DNA of 32,000 nt from the NCBI GenBank assembly GCA_002716355.1, contig PBAU01000003.1, positions 1 through 32,000 of the forward strand, read 5' to 3'. The translations under genes were made by a program, and so were the position numbers. Within the stretch, counting starts at the first letter, position 1, and the number at the start of each line of letters is the position of its first letter. The notes under the pieces are model-generated. The model had not been told where the DNA came from. It saw only the letters and a program-made list of their open reading frames with translations, and did no database searches. The DNA comes from a bacterium. Lineage in GTDB: Bacteria; UBP7; UBA6624. Below, one piece after another: positions 25,821 to 32,000 of this stretch.

Positions 25821-26627
25821 TCAACAATCTATTCCCCAAGATTTCATGAAAGACAGAGTTTCTTTTACATCATGTACGCGAATCAGCCTAGCTCCATTCA
25901 AAATGCTCCAAAGCGCAACAAACAATGAGCCTTCAAGCCTTTCTTCAATATCTTTTTTTGAAAGCTCCCCAATAAGGGATTTTCTGCTCACTCCAATTGC
26001 TATATTTTTGTTTATTTTTTTTAGCATTTCAAGATTGTTAATTATTTCTATATTGGCATTTTGAGTTTTGCCAAAGCCTATACCAGGGTCAAGGTAGTAT
26101 TTGTCTATGTTGAAATCCTGAAGCTTTTCAGATGCTTCTTGAAAAAAAGATATCAGCTTAAGCATAACTTGAGTTTTATTTAATGGTTTTGCTTGCATTT
26201 TATTTGGAGGCCATAAAGCATGACTGACAATTAAATGTAATTTTTTTTGACAGATTATCTTTAAAGCTTTTTCGTTAGGCATCCCAGAGGGATTGTTGAT
26301 CATGCTTATTTCAAAATTAGATATCTTCTTGATATTTTCAGAGTGGTATGTATCTATGCTTATTTTTGTTTTTTTTGTATTTATCTTCCCTTCTAAGCTC
26401 ATAAGAAAAGGCTCCAGCCTTTTCCATTCTTCACCATGGCTTAATTGCATTGATCCAGGTCTGGTTGATTCTGCCCCTACGTCTATCCATTTTGCACCTT
26501 GATCAGACATTGCGATGCATTCATCCACAGCTTTATCGTTTTCATATCTGCTGTTTACCCAAAATGAATCTGGCGTAATGTTGATGACGCCCATGACTTC
26601 AATGGATGATCTTGTTTTAGTTTTCAA
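25821..26627 (-). CDS. folP: Dihydropteroate synthase
   Basis: MGVINITPDSF, IDVGAESTRPG, ISIDTY and LDPGIGFGK are DHPS motifs. The track start at 26627 is TTG and overlaps purM; an ATG at 26594 (MGVINITPDSF) is an alternative. Confidence 0.9.
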   Translation of the reverse strand: MKTKTRSSIEVMGVINITPDSFWVNSRYENDKAVDECIAMSDQGAKWIDVGAESTRPGSMQLSHGEEWKRLEPFLMSLEGKINTKKTKISIDTYHSENIKKISNFEISMINNPSGMPNEKALKIICQKKLHLIVSHALWPPNKMQAKPLNKTQVMLKLISFFQEASEKLQDFNIDKYYLDPGIGFGKTQNANIEIINNLEMLKKINKNIAIGVSRKSLIGELSKKDIEERLEGSLFVALWSILNGARLIRVHDVKETLSFMKSWGIDC

Positions 26628-27651
26628 TTATGACTTTGCCACTGCCGTTATTTGAAATTTCACCAATTTTCCAAGAAGGATAGGGTAGTTCAGATAAACA
26701 CTTCAGGCATTCTTGTTCTTTTTCTTTTGAAATGATTATCCCAAAACCAATTCCCATATTGAATGTTTTATAAGCTTCTTGATCACTTATACCAGACCTG
26801 GAGACAAGCCAATCGACAATAGTTGGCCTCGAGAAAGAAGATGGCTTTATTAAGCAGTTTACATTCTCAGGTATTATTCTTTCGAAATTTCTAACCATGC
26901 CTCCACCAGTGACATGCGAAAAACCTTTTATTCCGCTGATTGAATTGCAAACCTTTTTTGTTAATGGCCAGTAAAGTCTTGTTGGTTCCGATAACTGAAC
27001 TCCTATAGGTGTGGATGAGCCTTTGCGAGGTTGCTTAATGTCTATTTGCATTTCTTCTATTATTTTTCTGACAAGAGAAAATCCATTACTGTGAAAACCA
27101 GACGAGGAAACACCTATCACTATATCTCCAGGCTCTATTTGCTCATGAGGATCTAAGAGTTTGTATTTGTCTGTAAATGAACCAAGCCCAAATCCAACTA
27201 TGTCAATTTCTCCTTTTTCGTAAAAGCCAGGCATTTCTGCTGTTTCTCCACCTAAAAGTACAGTTTCAGAAATGGAGCAGGATTCAGCAATGCCTTTTAT
27301 AACTTTGTAAAAAACTTCTGTATTTAGTTTCCCGGTAGCGTAATAGTCCAAAAAAACATCTGGTTTAGCACCGCTTGCACATATGTCATTTAAAACCATG
27401 CCAACACAATCTTGACCAGCCCAGTTTTCAGTACCCATTTCTAGATGAAGCAATGTTTTTGTGCCCACACCATCGCATGAAAGTGCAAGGTTTCTGTCCG
27501 ATATTTTGACTATTCCAGAATAACCTGCTTTGTTGGGAACGTACCTTTTGTCATGTGTTGCTGACACTAAGGATTTTATTTTCCTCAAGGAATCTTCAGC
27601 TTTTTCTATATTTACGCCTGAGTCTTTGTATGTAATTTTTTTTCTTTCCAT
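26617..27651 (-). CDS. purM: Phosphoribosylformylglycinamidine cyclo-ligase (AIR synthetase)
   Basis: ITYKDSGVNIEKAE, DGVGTK, DYYATGKL, GGETAEMPG and GFHSNGFSLVRK are PurM motifs. The track start at 27663 is TTG; the first ATG is at 27651. Confidence 0.95.
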   Translation of the reverse strand: MERKKITYKDSGVNIEKAEDSLRKIKSLVSATHDKRYVPNKAGYSGIVKISDRNLALSCDGVGTKTLLHLEMGTENWAGQDCVGMVLNDICASGAKPDVFLDYYATGKLNTEVFYKVIKGIAESCSISETVLLGGETAEMPGFYEKGEIDIVGFGLGSFTDKYKLLDPHEQIEPGDIVIGVSSSGFHSNGFSLVRKIIEEMQIDIKQPRKGSSTPIGVQLSEPTRLYWPLTKKVCNSISGIKGFSHVTGGGMVRNFERIIPENVNCLIKPSSFSRPTIVDWLVSRSGISDQEAYKTFNMGIGFGIIISKEKEQECLKCLSELPYPSWKIGEISNNGSGKVIIEN

Positions 27652-27707
27652 GCTTTTTATCAAGTATATATGTAGATTCTAATTTTTTTCAATCTAGAAT
27701 TTAAATA

Positions 27708-28697
27708 ATGGATAGAGATTTCTGGTCATGGTTTGTGACTTGCCTATTTGGCTCTTTTGTTTTGACGTGTTTCATTGTTGTTTTAACAGATAAGCCTTTG
27801 GTTAGATCCGAAATAGCCCCTAAAAAATCAAATCAATCTATTGACATCAGTGAAGATTTTGTGACAGGCGCTTATCTTCCACAAAGTGAATCTTATGTTT
27901 TGCTAGGCGATGTAAACCTTTCTGAACCTTATGGTTTTTACAGGGATTCTGATTATCTTGTTGTTGCTGATCCTCATAGATCTTCAGGCAAAGGCTATGT
28001 GCGTTTTTATGACATTCAAACAAAACAAGAAAATGAAGAAATGAGGCATGTGGCAAAATTTCCTGCACAGGTTTTGGATTTCGGGAAAAAGCAAATTCTT
28101 GTAGATAATGGTTCAGGAGGCTCTGTTAAGGTTATTCAGGGTTCTGTTACTTTGTCAACATATGATGGAGTGAACGATCCTAAAGATGGTTTTTTTGATT
28201 TTGAAAACAGCTTAATTTACATTGCAGATCGTGGAAATAAAAGAATTTTAGTTCTTGATACAAATTTAGAAGTTGTTGCCGAGTGGAAGCCTTCCAATGT
28301 TAATTTTGAGCCAAATGGTTTGACCATGGGTAAAAATGGAATGCTTTATGTGACAGACAAGATCGCTAAGAAGGTATGGGTTTTTGATAAAGGTAAAATT
28401 GTTGATTCGTTTGTGCCTGAAAGTCCAGAAAAATTTCTTTACCCTGGAGGCATTGTTACTGACCCTTGGGGTAGGGTTTATGTTTCTGATTACAGTGCTG
28501 ACAAAATTTATGTATTTGATGCTGAGGGTGTTTATTTAAATCTGATAGATAAGAATTTAATAGATGATCCATCTTTTAAAAAACCTAGAAATTTATTTTT
28601 TGATAAAAGCAGTGGGAGGCTTTTGGTGTCTGCTGGTGACAGGTTGACAAATGCAGGGAGAATATGGAGCGTACCAGTTCCTCTTTTAGAAAAATGA
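27708..28697 (+). CDS. Membrane-anchored NHL-repeat beta-propeller protein
   Basis: The N-terminal TM is WFVTCLFGSFVLTCFIVVL. Repeated NHL-type blades read YIADRGNKRILVLD, YVTDKIAKKVWVFD, YVSDYSADKIYVFD and LVVADPHRS. Confidence 0.85.
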   Translation: MDRDFWSWFVTCLFGSFVLTCFIVVLTDKPLVRSEIAPKKSNQSIDISEDFVTGAYLPQSESYVLLGDVNLSEPYGFYRDSDYLVVADPHRSSGKGYVRFYDIQTKQENEEMRHVAKFPAQVLDFGKKQILVDNGSGGSVKVIQGSVTLSTYDGVNDPKDGFFDFENSLIYIADRGNKRILVLDTNLEVVAEWKPSNVNFEPNGLTMGKNGMLYVTDKIAKKVWVFDKGKIVDSFVPESPEKFLYPGGIVTDPWGRVYVSDYSADKIYVFDAEGVYLNLIDKNLIDDPSFKKPRNLFFDKSSGRLLVSAGDRLTNAGRIWSVPVPLLEK

Positions 28698-28822
28698 AAA
28701 ATTCCGAAAAGTTAAAAGGCAAGAGCTTGAGCCTGTTTAGCGCTTTGCTTCTTTTGTTTGCAATCTGGCTTGGCGTCAAGCTTGCTTTGGTTTTTATGCT
28801 CTGGGTAACCGTGGTTAATTAA
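28694..28822 (+). CDS. Unannotated 42-aa hydrophobic micropeptide (MKNSEKLKGKSLSLFSALLLLFAIWLGVKLALVFMLWVTVVN)
   Basis: It is below the ORF-track size cut-off. Its ATG overlaps the NHL gene stop (ATGA at 28694-28697). Its TAA overlaps the next ATG (TAATG at 28820-28824). It exactly fills the gap between the two genes. It has a Lys-rich N-terminus followed by a hydrophobic stretch of about 30 aa. Confidence 0.55.
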   Translation: MKNSEKLKGKSLSLFSALLLLFAIWLGVKLALVFMLWVTVVN

Positions 28823-30066
28823 TGGTATCTAGATTTTACGGTAAGCAATCATTTGATTTTGAATGGCCTCGTGGTTGGAATGTTGAAACAATGCTTCCTC
28901 AAGAAAGGCCTTTTGTCCTGGATGAATTTGACATTCTTGAAGATGCTCTTGAGCAGCCTGTTGGAACAAGGACTCTTGACAAGGTAGTTAACAAAAAAGA
29001 CAAGATATTAATTATTGTTCCTGATTCAAATAGAGAATTTAGATACGAGCTCGTGCTAAATTCCATCATTCGAAAAATATCAAAAATAAACAAGGACATT
29101 GTTTTTATGATTGTCGGAACCGATATGAATGAACTTTATGTAGAGGATCAATACATAAAGTTCATTAAAGGATTGGATGGTGTCAAAAAAGTCATACAGT
29201 ATTCACCTGAGGATAAGTTTGACTCTAGCGGAAAGACAAAAGCAGGAACTCGTATAAAAACGAACAAGTATCTAAATGCTTTTACAAAAATAATTACAAT
29301 CGATCAGATAAACTTTCATGATTTAGTTGGTTATTCTGGAGGGCCTGAGACGCTTGTAAACACATGCAGTATAGAAACAATTACAAAAAATAGATCTCTT
29401 GTTTTCAATAAGGATAAAACTAGAAATCCAAGATGTTCAGCTGCAAGATTAAAGGGAAACATAATTTATGAAGACTTGATAGAGATATCAGCAAACCTGA
29501 AACCACATTTCAATATAAATATTTTGCTTGATGAAAACAAAAAGATCGCAAGGGTTTTTTGTGGTGATTTTAGCTACTGCCATATGGACGGCTCAAAAGT
29601 TGTAATGGGATTTTATAGAGCTCTTGTTCCCAGGCGTAAAGTTTTAATAGCAAGTGCAGGTGGAGCTCCTTTTGATAACACTTTATCAGAAGCTCTGAAA
29701 GGTATTTTGTTTTGGTATAAAACAGTTAGCCCAAGAGGCGCGTTGTTTTATTCTGCTGAATGTTCATCAGGCTTTGGCAATAAAGAAATATTTAAATGGG
29801 CAGCTTATCCTGCTGAGGTCTTGAGACAGAAGATAATTGATGACTTTAGTCCCGCTGCTTACAATGTTTTGAGGCTAAAAGAGGCTCAAAGACACTGTGA
29901 TATATTCATCAACTCTTCACTTCCGAATGATGAATTGGAATTTCTTGGATTTAAGCCAGTGTCCAATTTTCCTGAAGGTTTGCTTAAGTTGAGAAAATAC
30001 TCTGAGGGCCTCCCTGAGCTTGCATGGATTCCAAATGCTTGTCAGGTTTTGGGTATTCCAGGATGA
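28822..30066 (+). CDS. LarA-like (lactate racemase N-terminal / DUF2088) family protein, divergent
   Basis: FYGKQSFDFEWPRGWNVETMLP...ILEDALEQPVGTRTLDKVV..KDKILIIVPDSNR and INFHDLVGYSGG are colinear with LarA (..SSDHTRP.. and ..ESHFFAGFSGGRK..). Confidence 0.75.
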   Translation: MVSRFYGKQSFDFEWPRGWNVETMLPQERPFVLDEFDILEDALEQPVGTRTLDKVVNKKDKILIIVPDSNREFRYELVLNSIIRKISKINKDIVFMIVGTDMNELYVEDQYIKFIKGLDGVKKVIQYSPEDKFDSSGKTKAGTRIKTNKYLNAFTKIITIDQINFHDLVGYSGGPETLVNTCSIETITKNRSLVFNKDKTRNPRCSAARLKGNIIYEDLIEISANLKPHFNINILLDENKKIARVFCGDFSYCHMDGSKVVMGFYRALVPRRKVLIASAGGAPFDNTLSEALKGILFWYKTVSPRGALFYSAECSSGFGNKEIFKWAAYPAEVLRQKIIDDFSPAAYNVLRLKEAQRHCDIFINSSLPNDELEFLGFKPVSNFPEGLLKLRKYSEGLPELAWIPNACQVLGIPG

Positions 30067-30521
30067 AGGTTTTCTCAACAAACAAGAAAGCACATTATCT
30101 ATATGAAATTTCAGAAAAGTTTGAAGCTGGAGTTTCTCTTGAAGGTTGGGAGGTCCGCTCCATAAGGGAGGGTAGGCTGAACCTAAATCAAGCTCATGCA
30201 AAAATCAAAGATGGAGAATTGTGGATCATAGGGTCACACATAGCTCCACTTCCCCAATCTTCTGAAAGTCAGAATTCAACAAGAGACAGGAAGCTTTTAC
30301 TCAAGAAAAAGCAGATACTTGACATTGACAGGAAGATAGAACCTAAAGGTGTGACCGTTGTTCCGCTCAAAGCTTACCAGTCTCGAGGTAGAATAAAGAT
30401 GGAAATCGCCATTGGGAAAGGAAGGACCAAGGCTGACAAAAGGTCAAGGATTCTTGAAGAACTTGACAGGAGAGATGCAAAAGAGTCAGTCAAGAGGGCC
30501 ATGAGGGGAGGCGATTACTAA
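30063..30521 (+). CDS. smpB: SsrA-binding protein
   Basis: MKVFSTNKKAHYLYEISEKFEAGVSLEGWEVRSIREGR...RDRKLLLKKKQI fits SmpB. The ATG at 30063 overlaps the upstream stop (ATGA). The track start at 30024 is inside the LarA-like gene. Confidence 0.95.
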   Translation: MKVFSTNKKAHYLYEISEKFEAGVSLEGWEVRSIREGRLNLNQAHAKIKDGELWIIGSHIAPLPQSSESQNSTRDRKLLLKKKQILDIDRKIEPKGVTVVPLKAYQSRGRIKMEIAIGKGRTKADKRSRILEELDRRDAKESVKRAMRGGDY

Positions 30522-30532
30522 GATATAGATTT

Positions 30533-30861
30533 GGGGGCGACTGGCTTCGACGGAAGTTGGAACAGTCGGGTTGCAAGCAGGTTTGTCATATCCCTTGATT
30601 GTGACAAAAAAAGTAAACGGCAAAAACGCTTACGCATTTGCTTAATTTAATTTAAGCAAGCTCCTCCTTTCAAGTCCATGTGAGAAAGGGTAGGGGCTCA
30701 GAAATCATGGAACGGCTCCCGGACCGTTATTCGGGGTTTTTGCTTTGAGGCCTGCCGTTTGATTGTTTAGGGTAGGTTGAGCATTTAAAACAATCTAAGC
30801 TTGTAGACACTCGTCTCAATAAGACAACCGGACCCGGGTTCAATTCCCGGCGCCTCCACCA
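30533..30861 (+). ncRNA. ssrA: tmRNA (transfer-messenger RNA); predicted tag ORF GGC..TAA at 30619-30645 encoding (A)GKNAYAFA
   Basis: The 5' GGGGGCG pairs with the 3' CGCCUCC, followed by ACCA. This includes the G3-U wobble used by AlaRS. The T-arm is CCGGG-TTCAATT-CCCGG at 30834-30850. An A-rich single-stranded run precedes the short ORF. The stop sits in the hairpin GCTTAA-TTTAAT-TTAAGC. The gene lies 11 nt downstream of smpB. Confidence 0.9.
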
Positions 30862-30890
30862 ATCCTGCTAGTTGGTTAGAATCATCATTG

Positions 30891-31355
30891 ATGAAAAAAA
30901 GGCAGATCAATTCGTTCCTTGTAATCATGGTGTCGATTGCAGTTGCTGTCTTTGTCACACAGATACTTGAATCATTGGGTCATTTTGCATTCTCAAGGGA
31001 TCTCATAGAGGAAATCAGTGCGTTTGAAGATCCTGATGAGATGAAAGAGGCTTATGTGTCAATGGTTGAGAAGATGTCCTTTCCAGCAAAGCTTTCGGTT
31101 TTGATTTCGTGGTTTCTCGGAGCCATGAGCGGAGGTTTCATTTCAAGTCTCATGTCCTCAACGAATAAGGTGTTCCATGCAAAGATGATTGGCTACATAT
31201 ACCTTTTCTTCACGATATTGACACTCTTGAACATCCCGCATCCATGGTGGATGTGGCTTTCCGTCTTTCTCATAATCCCGGCTTCCTTTATAGGCAGCAG
31301 CTTCATTCCCGCCAAGGCAAAAGATTCTGAAGAGCCTGAGATCATAGAACCCTAG
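30891..31355 (+). CDS. Hypothetical integral membrane protein (about 4 TM), acidic C-terminal tail
   Basis: Hydrophobic segments are FLVIMVSIAVAVFVTQIL, LSVLISWFLGAMSGGFISSL, MIGYIYLFFTILTLL and WMWLSVFLIIPASFIG. Codon usage is more GC-rich than the rest of the window. The ATG at 30891 follows the TTG used by the track. Confidence 0.65.
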   Translation: MKKRQINSFLVIMVSIAVAVFVTQILESLGHFAFSRDLIEEISAFEDPDEMKEAYVSMVEKMSFPAKLSVLISWFLGAMSGGFISSLMSSTNKVFHAKMIGYIYLFFTILTLLNIPHPWWMWLSVFLIIPASFIGSSFIPAKAKDSEEPEIIEP

Positions 31356-31399
31356 AAACTTTCAGGCACCTTTACAGGTAAATCTATTTAGGTGTAGCC

Positions 31400-31666
31400 A
31401 TGATTACTGATCCCTTTGTCATCCTTTTCGTGCTGGGGCTTCCGCTTTTCTTCCTGGCTTTCCTGATAAGGGATTGGAGTAAGGGCAAGCGAAATCCTGC
31501 ATTTCTCATATTCTTCTTGCCTTGCCTGTATTTCATGTGGAACGGATTTGTTTCGGATGCCTGGGACTATATCGAGGCTGCAAGCTCTGTCGCTTCGGTT
31601 GCAGGGATCATCTACATGATAAAGAGGGCGGAATCGACTGACCTCAAACCTAGAATAAAAGACTGA
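31400..31666 (+). CDS. Hypothetical small membrane protein (88 aa, about 3 TM)
   Basis: Hydrophobic segments are FVILFVLGLPLFFLAFLI, AFLIFFLPCLYFMW and ASSVASVAGIIYMI. It is on the same strand as its neighbours and tightly spaced. Confidence 0.6.
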   Translation: MITDPFVILFVLGLPLFFLAFLIRDWSKGKRNPAFLIFFLPCLYFMWNGFVSDAWDYIEAASSVASVAGIIYMIKRAESTDLKPRIKD

Positions 31667-31677
31667 AAGTCAACAAA

Positions 31678-31860
31678 ATGACGCTGATGCAATATTTTCC
31701 ATATCCCTTGCTGAACCAGGGAGGGGCCGGCTTGATTATCGTATTCTTTTGGATAGCGATTCCTATTGTTGCAACCTGCCTTTGTTTCTTGTGTATTTTG
31801 CATACAGGAAAGGAAGGGCAAAGAGTTAGGGCTAGATGTTATAGTATTCAGGATGAATAA
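31678..31860 (+). CDS. Hypothetical small membrane protein (60 aa)
   Basis: GAGLIIVFFWIAIPIVATCLCFLCILH is a hydrophobic core. It starts 11 nt after the previous stop and overlaps the next ORF by 8 nt. Confidence 0.4.
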   Translation: MTLMQYFPYPLLNQGGAGLIIVFFWIAIPIVATCLCFLCILHTGKEGQRVRARCYSIQDE

Positions 31861-32000
31861 AATATTTTTTGCATTGTTCCTGACATTGCTGTACTGGGTG
31901 TTCAAGAGTTGGATATTCTTGATGTGGCCCATGATTCCCCTGTACCTTTCTGTGTTTATTGCTCTCTTCTGGAAAGACCTAAGAAAAGACTGGATTGCAT
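31853..32000 (+). CDS. Hypothetical membrane protein, 5' part only (runs off right edge)
   Basis: The frame is open from the ATG at 31853 to the window end: MNKIFFALFLTLLYWVFKSWIFLMWPMIPLYLSVFIALFWKDLRKDWIA. It is not in the track because no stop lies in the window. Confidence 0.5.
   Translation, partial: MNKIFFALFLTLLYWVFKSWIFLMWPMIPLYLSVFIALFWKDLRKDWIA

Larger units (their letters stand above)
30862..32000. other. Compositionally distinct segment flanking the tmRNA 3' end (possible edge of a genomic island)
   Basis: Hand counts of 60-nt lines at 31381, 31441 and 31681 give 43 %, 50 % and 50 % G+C. Lines at 7021 and 19981 give 28 % and 30 %. The segment contains only small hydrophobic ORFs. 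Confidence 0.45.

Noticed and set aside
27664-27707. Short palindromic pieces (TAGATT...AATCTA, TCTAGA) between purM and the NHL gene
   Set aside because: They are very short and AT-rich, and the arms do not align into one clean inverted repeat. This is compatible with chance in a divergent promoter region.
28585-28779. 64-aa minus-strand ORF
   Set aside because: It is antisense to the NHL gene end and to the 42-aa micropeptide ORF. The micropeptide fits the start/stop overlap pattern exactly, and the minus-strand ORF shows no motif.
31612-31932. 106-aa minus-strand ORF
   Set aside because: It is antisense to three consecutive plus-strand hydrophobic ORFs that are tightly coupled. Its translation is polar, low in complexity and without features.
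30862-32000. Integrase, att repeat or prophage genes next to ssrA
   Set aside because: I looked for a tyrosine-recombinase-like ORF and for a second copy of the ssrA 3' end (TTCAATTCCCGGCGCCTCCACCA) in the remaining 1.1 kb and found neither. The island idea therefore rests on composition only.

Overview
Gene-dense, low-GC bacterial chromosomal segment. My hand counts of sample 60-nt lines give about 28-36 % G+C for most of the window. Many genes overlap at start/stop by 1, 4 or 8-11 nt, which suggests a streamlined genome. I cannot assign taxonomy from sequence alone. I saw no rRNA, tRNA, CRISPR array, transposase or integrase.

Content in order:
1. A secreted tricorn-protease-like protein of more than 1040 aa on the minus strand (1-3122). 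It runs off the left edge, so it is missing from the supplied ORF track. After its PDZ domain it continues into DUF4399-like His modules and a perfect 27-bp in-frame tandem repeat, not an S41 catalytic domain.
2. A translationally coupled string: rRNA pseudouridine synthase, AddB-like nuclease, AddA-like UvrD helicase-nuclease, NagZ.
3. A divergent signalling cluster. One arm is an HD-GYP response regulator plus a secreted FGE-family protein. The other arm is a sensor histidine kinase, a 62-aa acidic protein and a secreted 3D-domain protein.
4. An HtrA-like protease and an AsnC regulator, facing a split methylmalonyl-CoA-mutase catalytic subunit and a RocB-like M20 protein.
5. A winged-helix regulator preceded by a four-copy inverted-repeat operator candidate.
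6. A long minus-strand operon: purM-folP-proS-S9 peptidase-thiS-thiG-thiE.
7. An NHL-repeat protein, an unannotated 42-aa membrane peptide, a LarA-like (DUF2088) protein that appears to lack the lactate racemase cofactor residues, then smpB and ssrA (tmRNA).
8. Directly 3' of the tmRNA, G+C jumps to about 43-50 % and four small hydrophobic ORFs follow.

Best candidates for something undescribed:
- the tricorn/DUF4399/His-repeat fusion
- the NHL/micropeptide/degenerate-LarA module
- the tmRNA-flanking compositional island
- the HD-GYP two-operon cluster

All family calls come from by-eye motif recognition and need HMM or structure confirmation.
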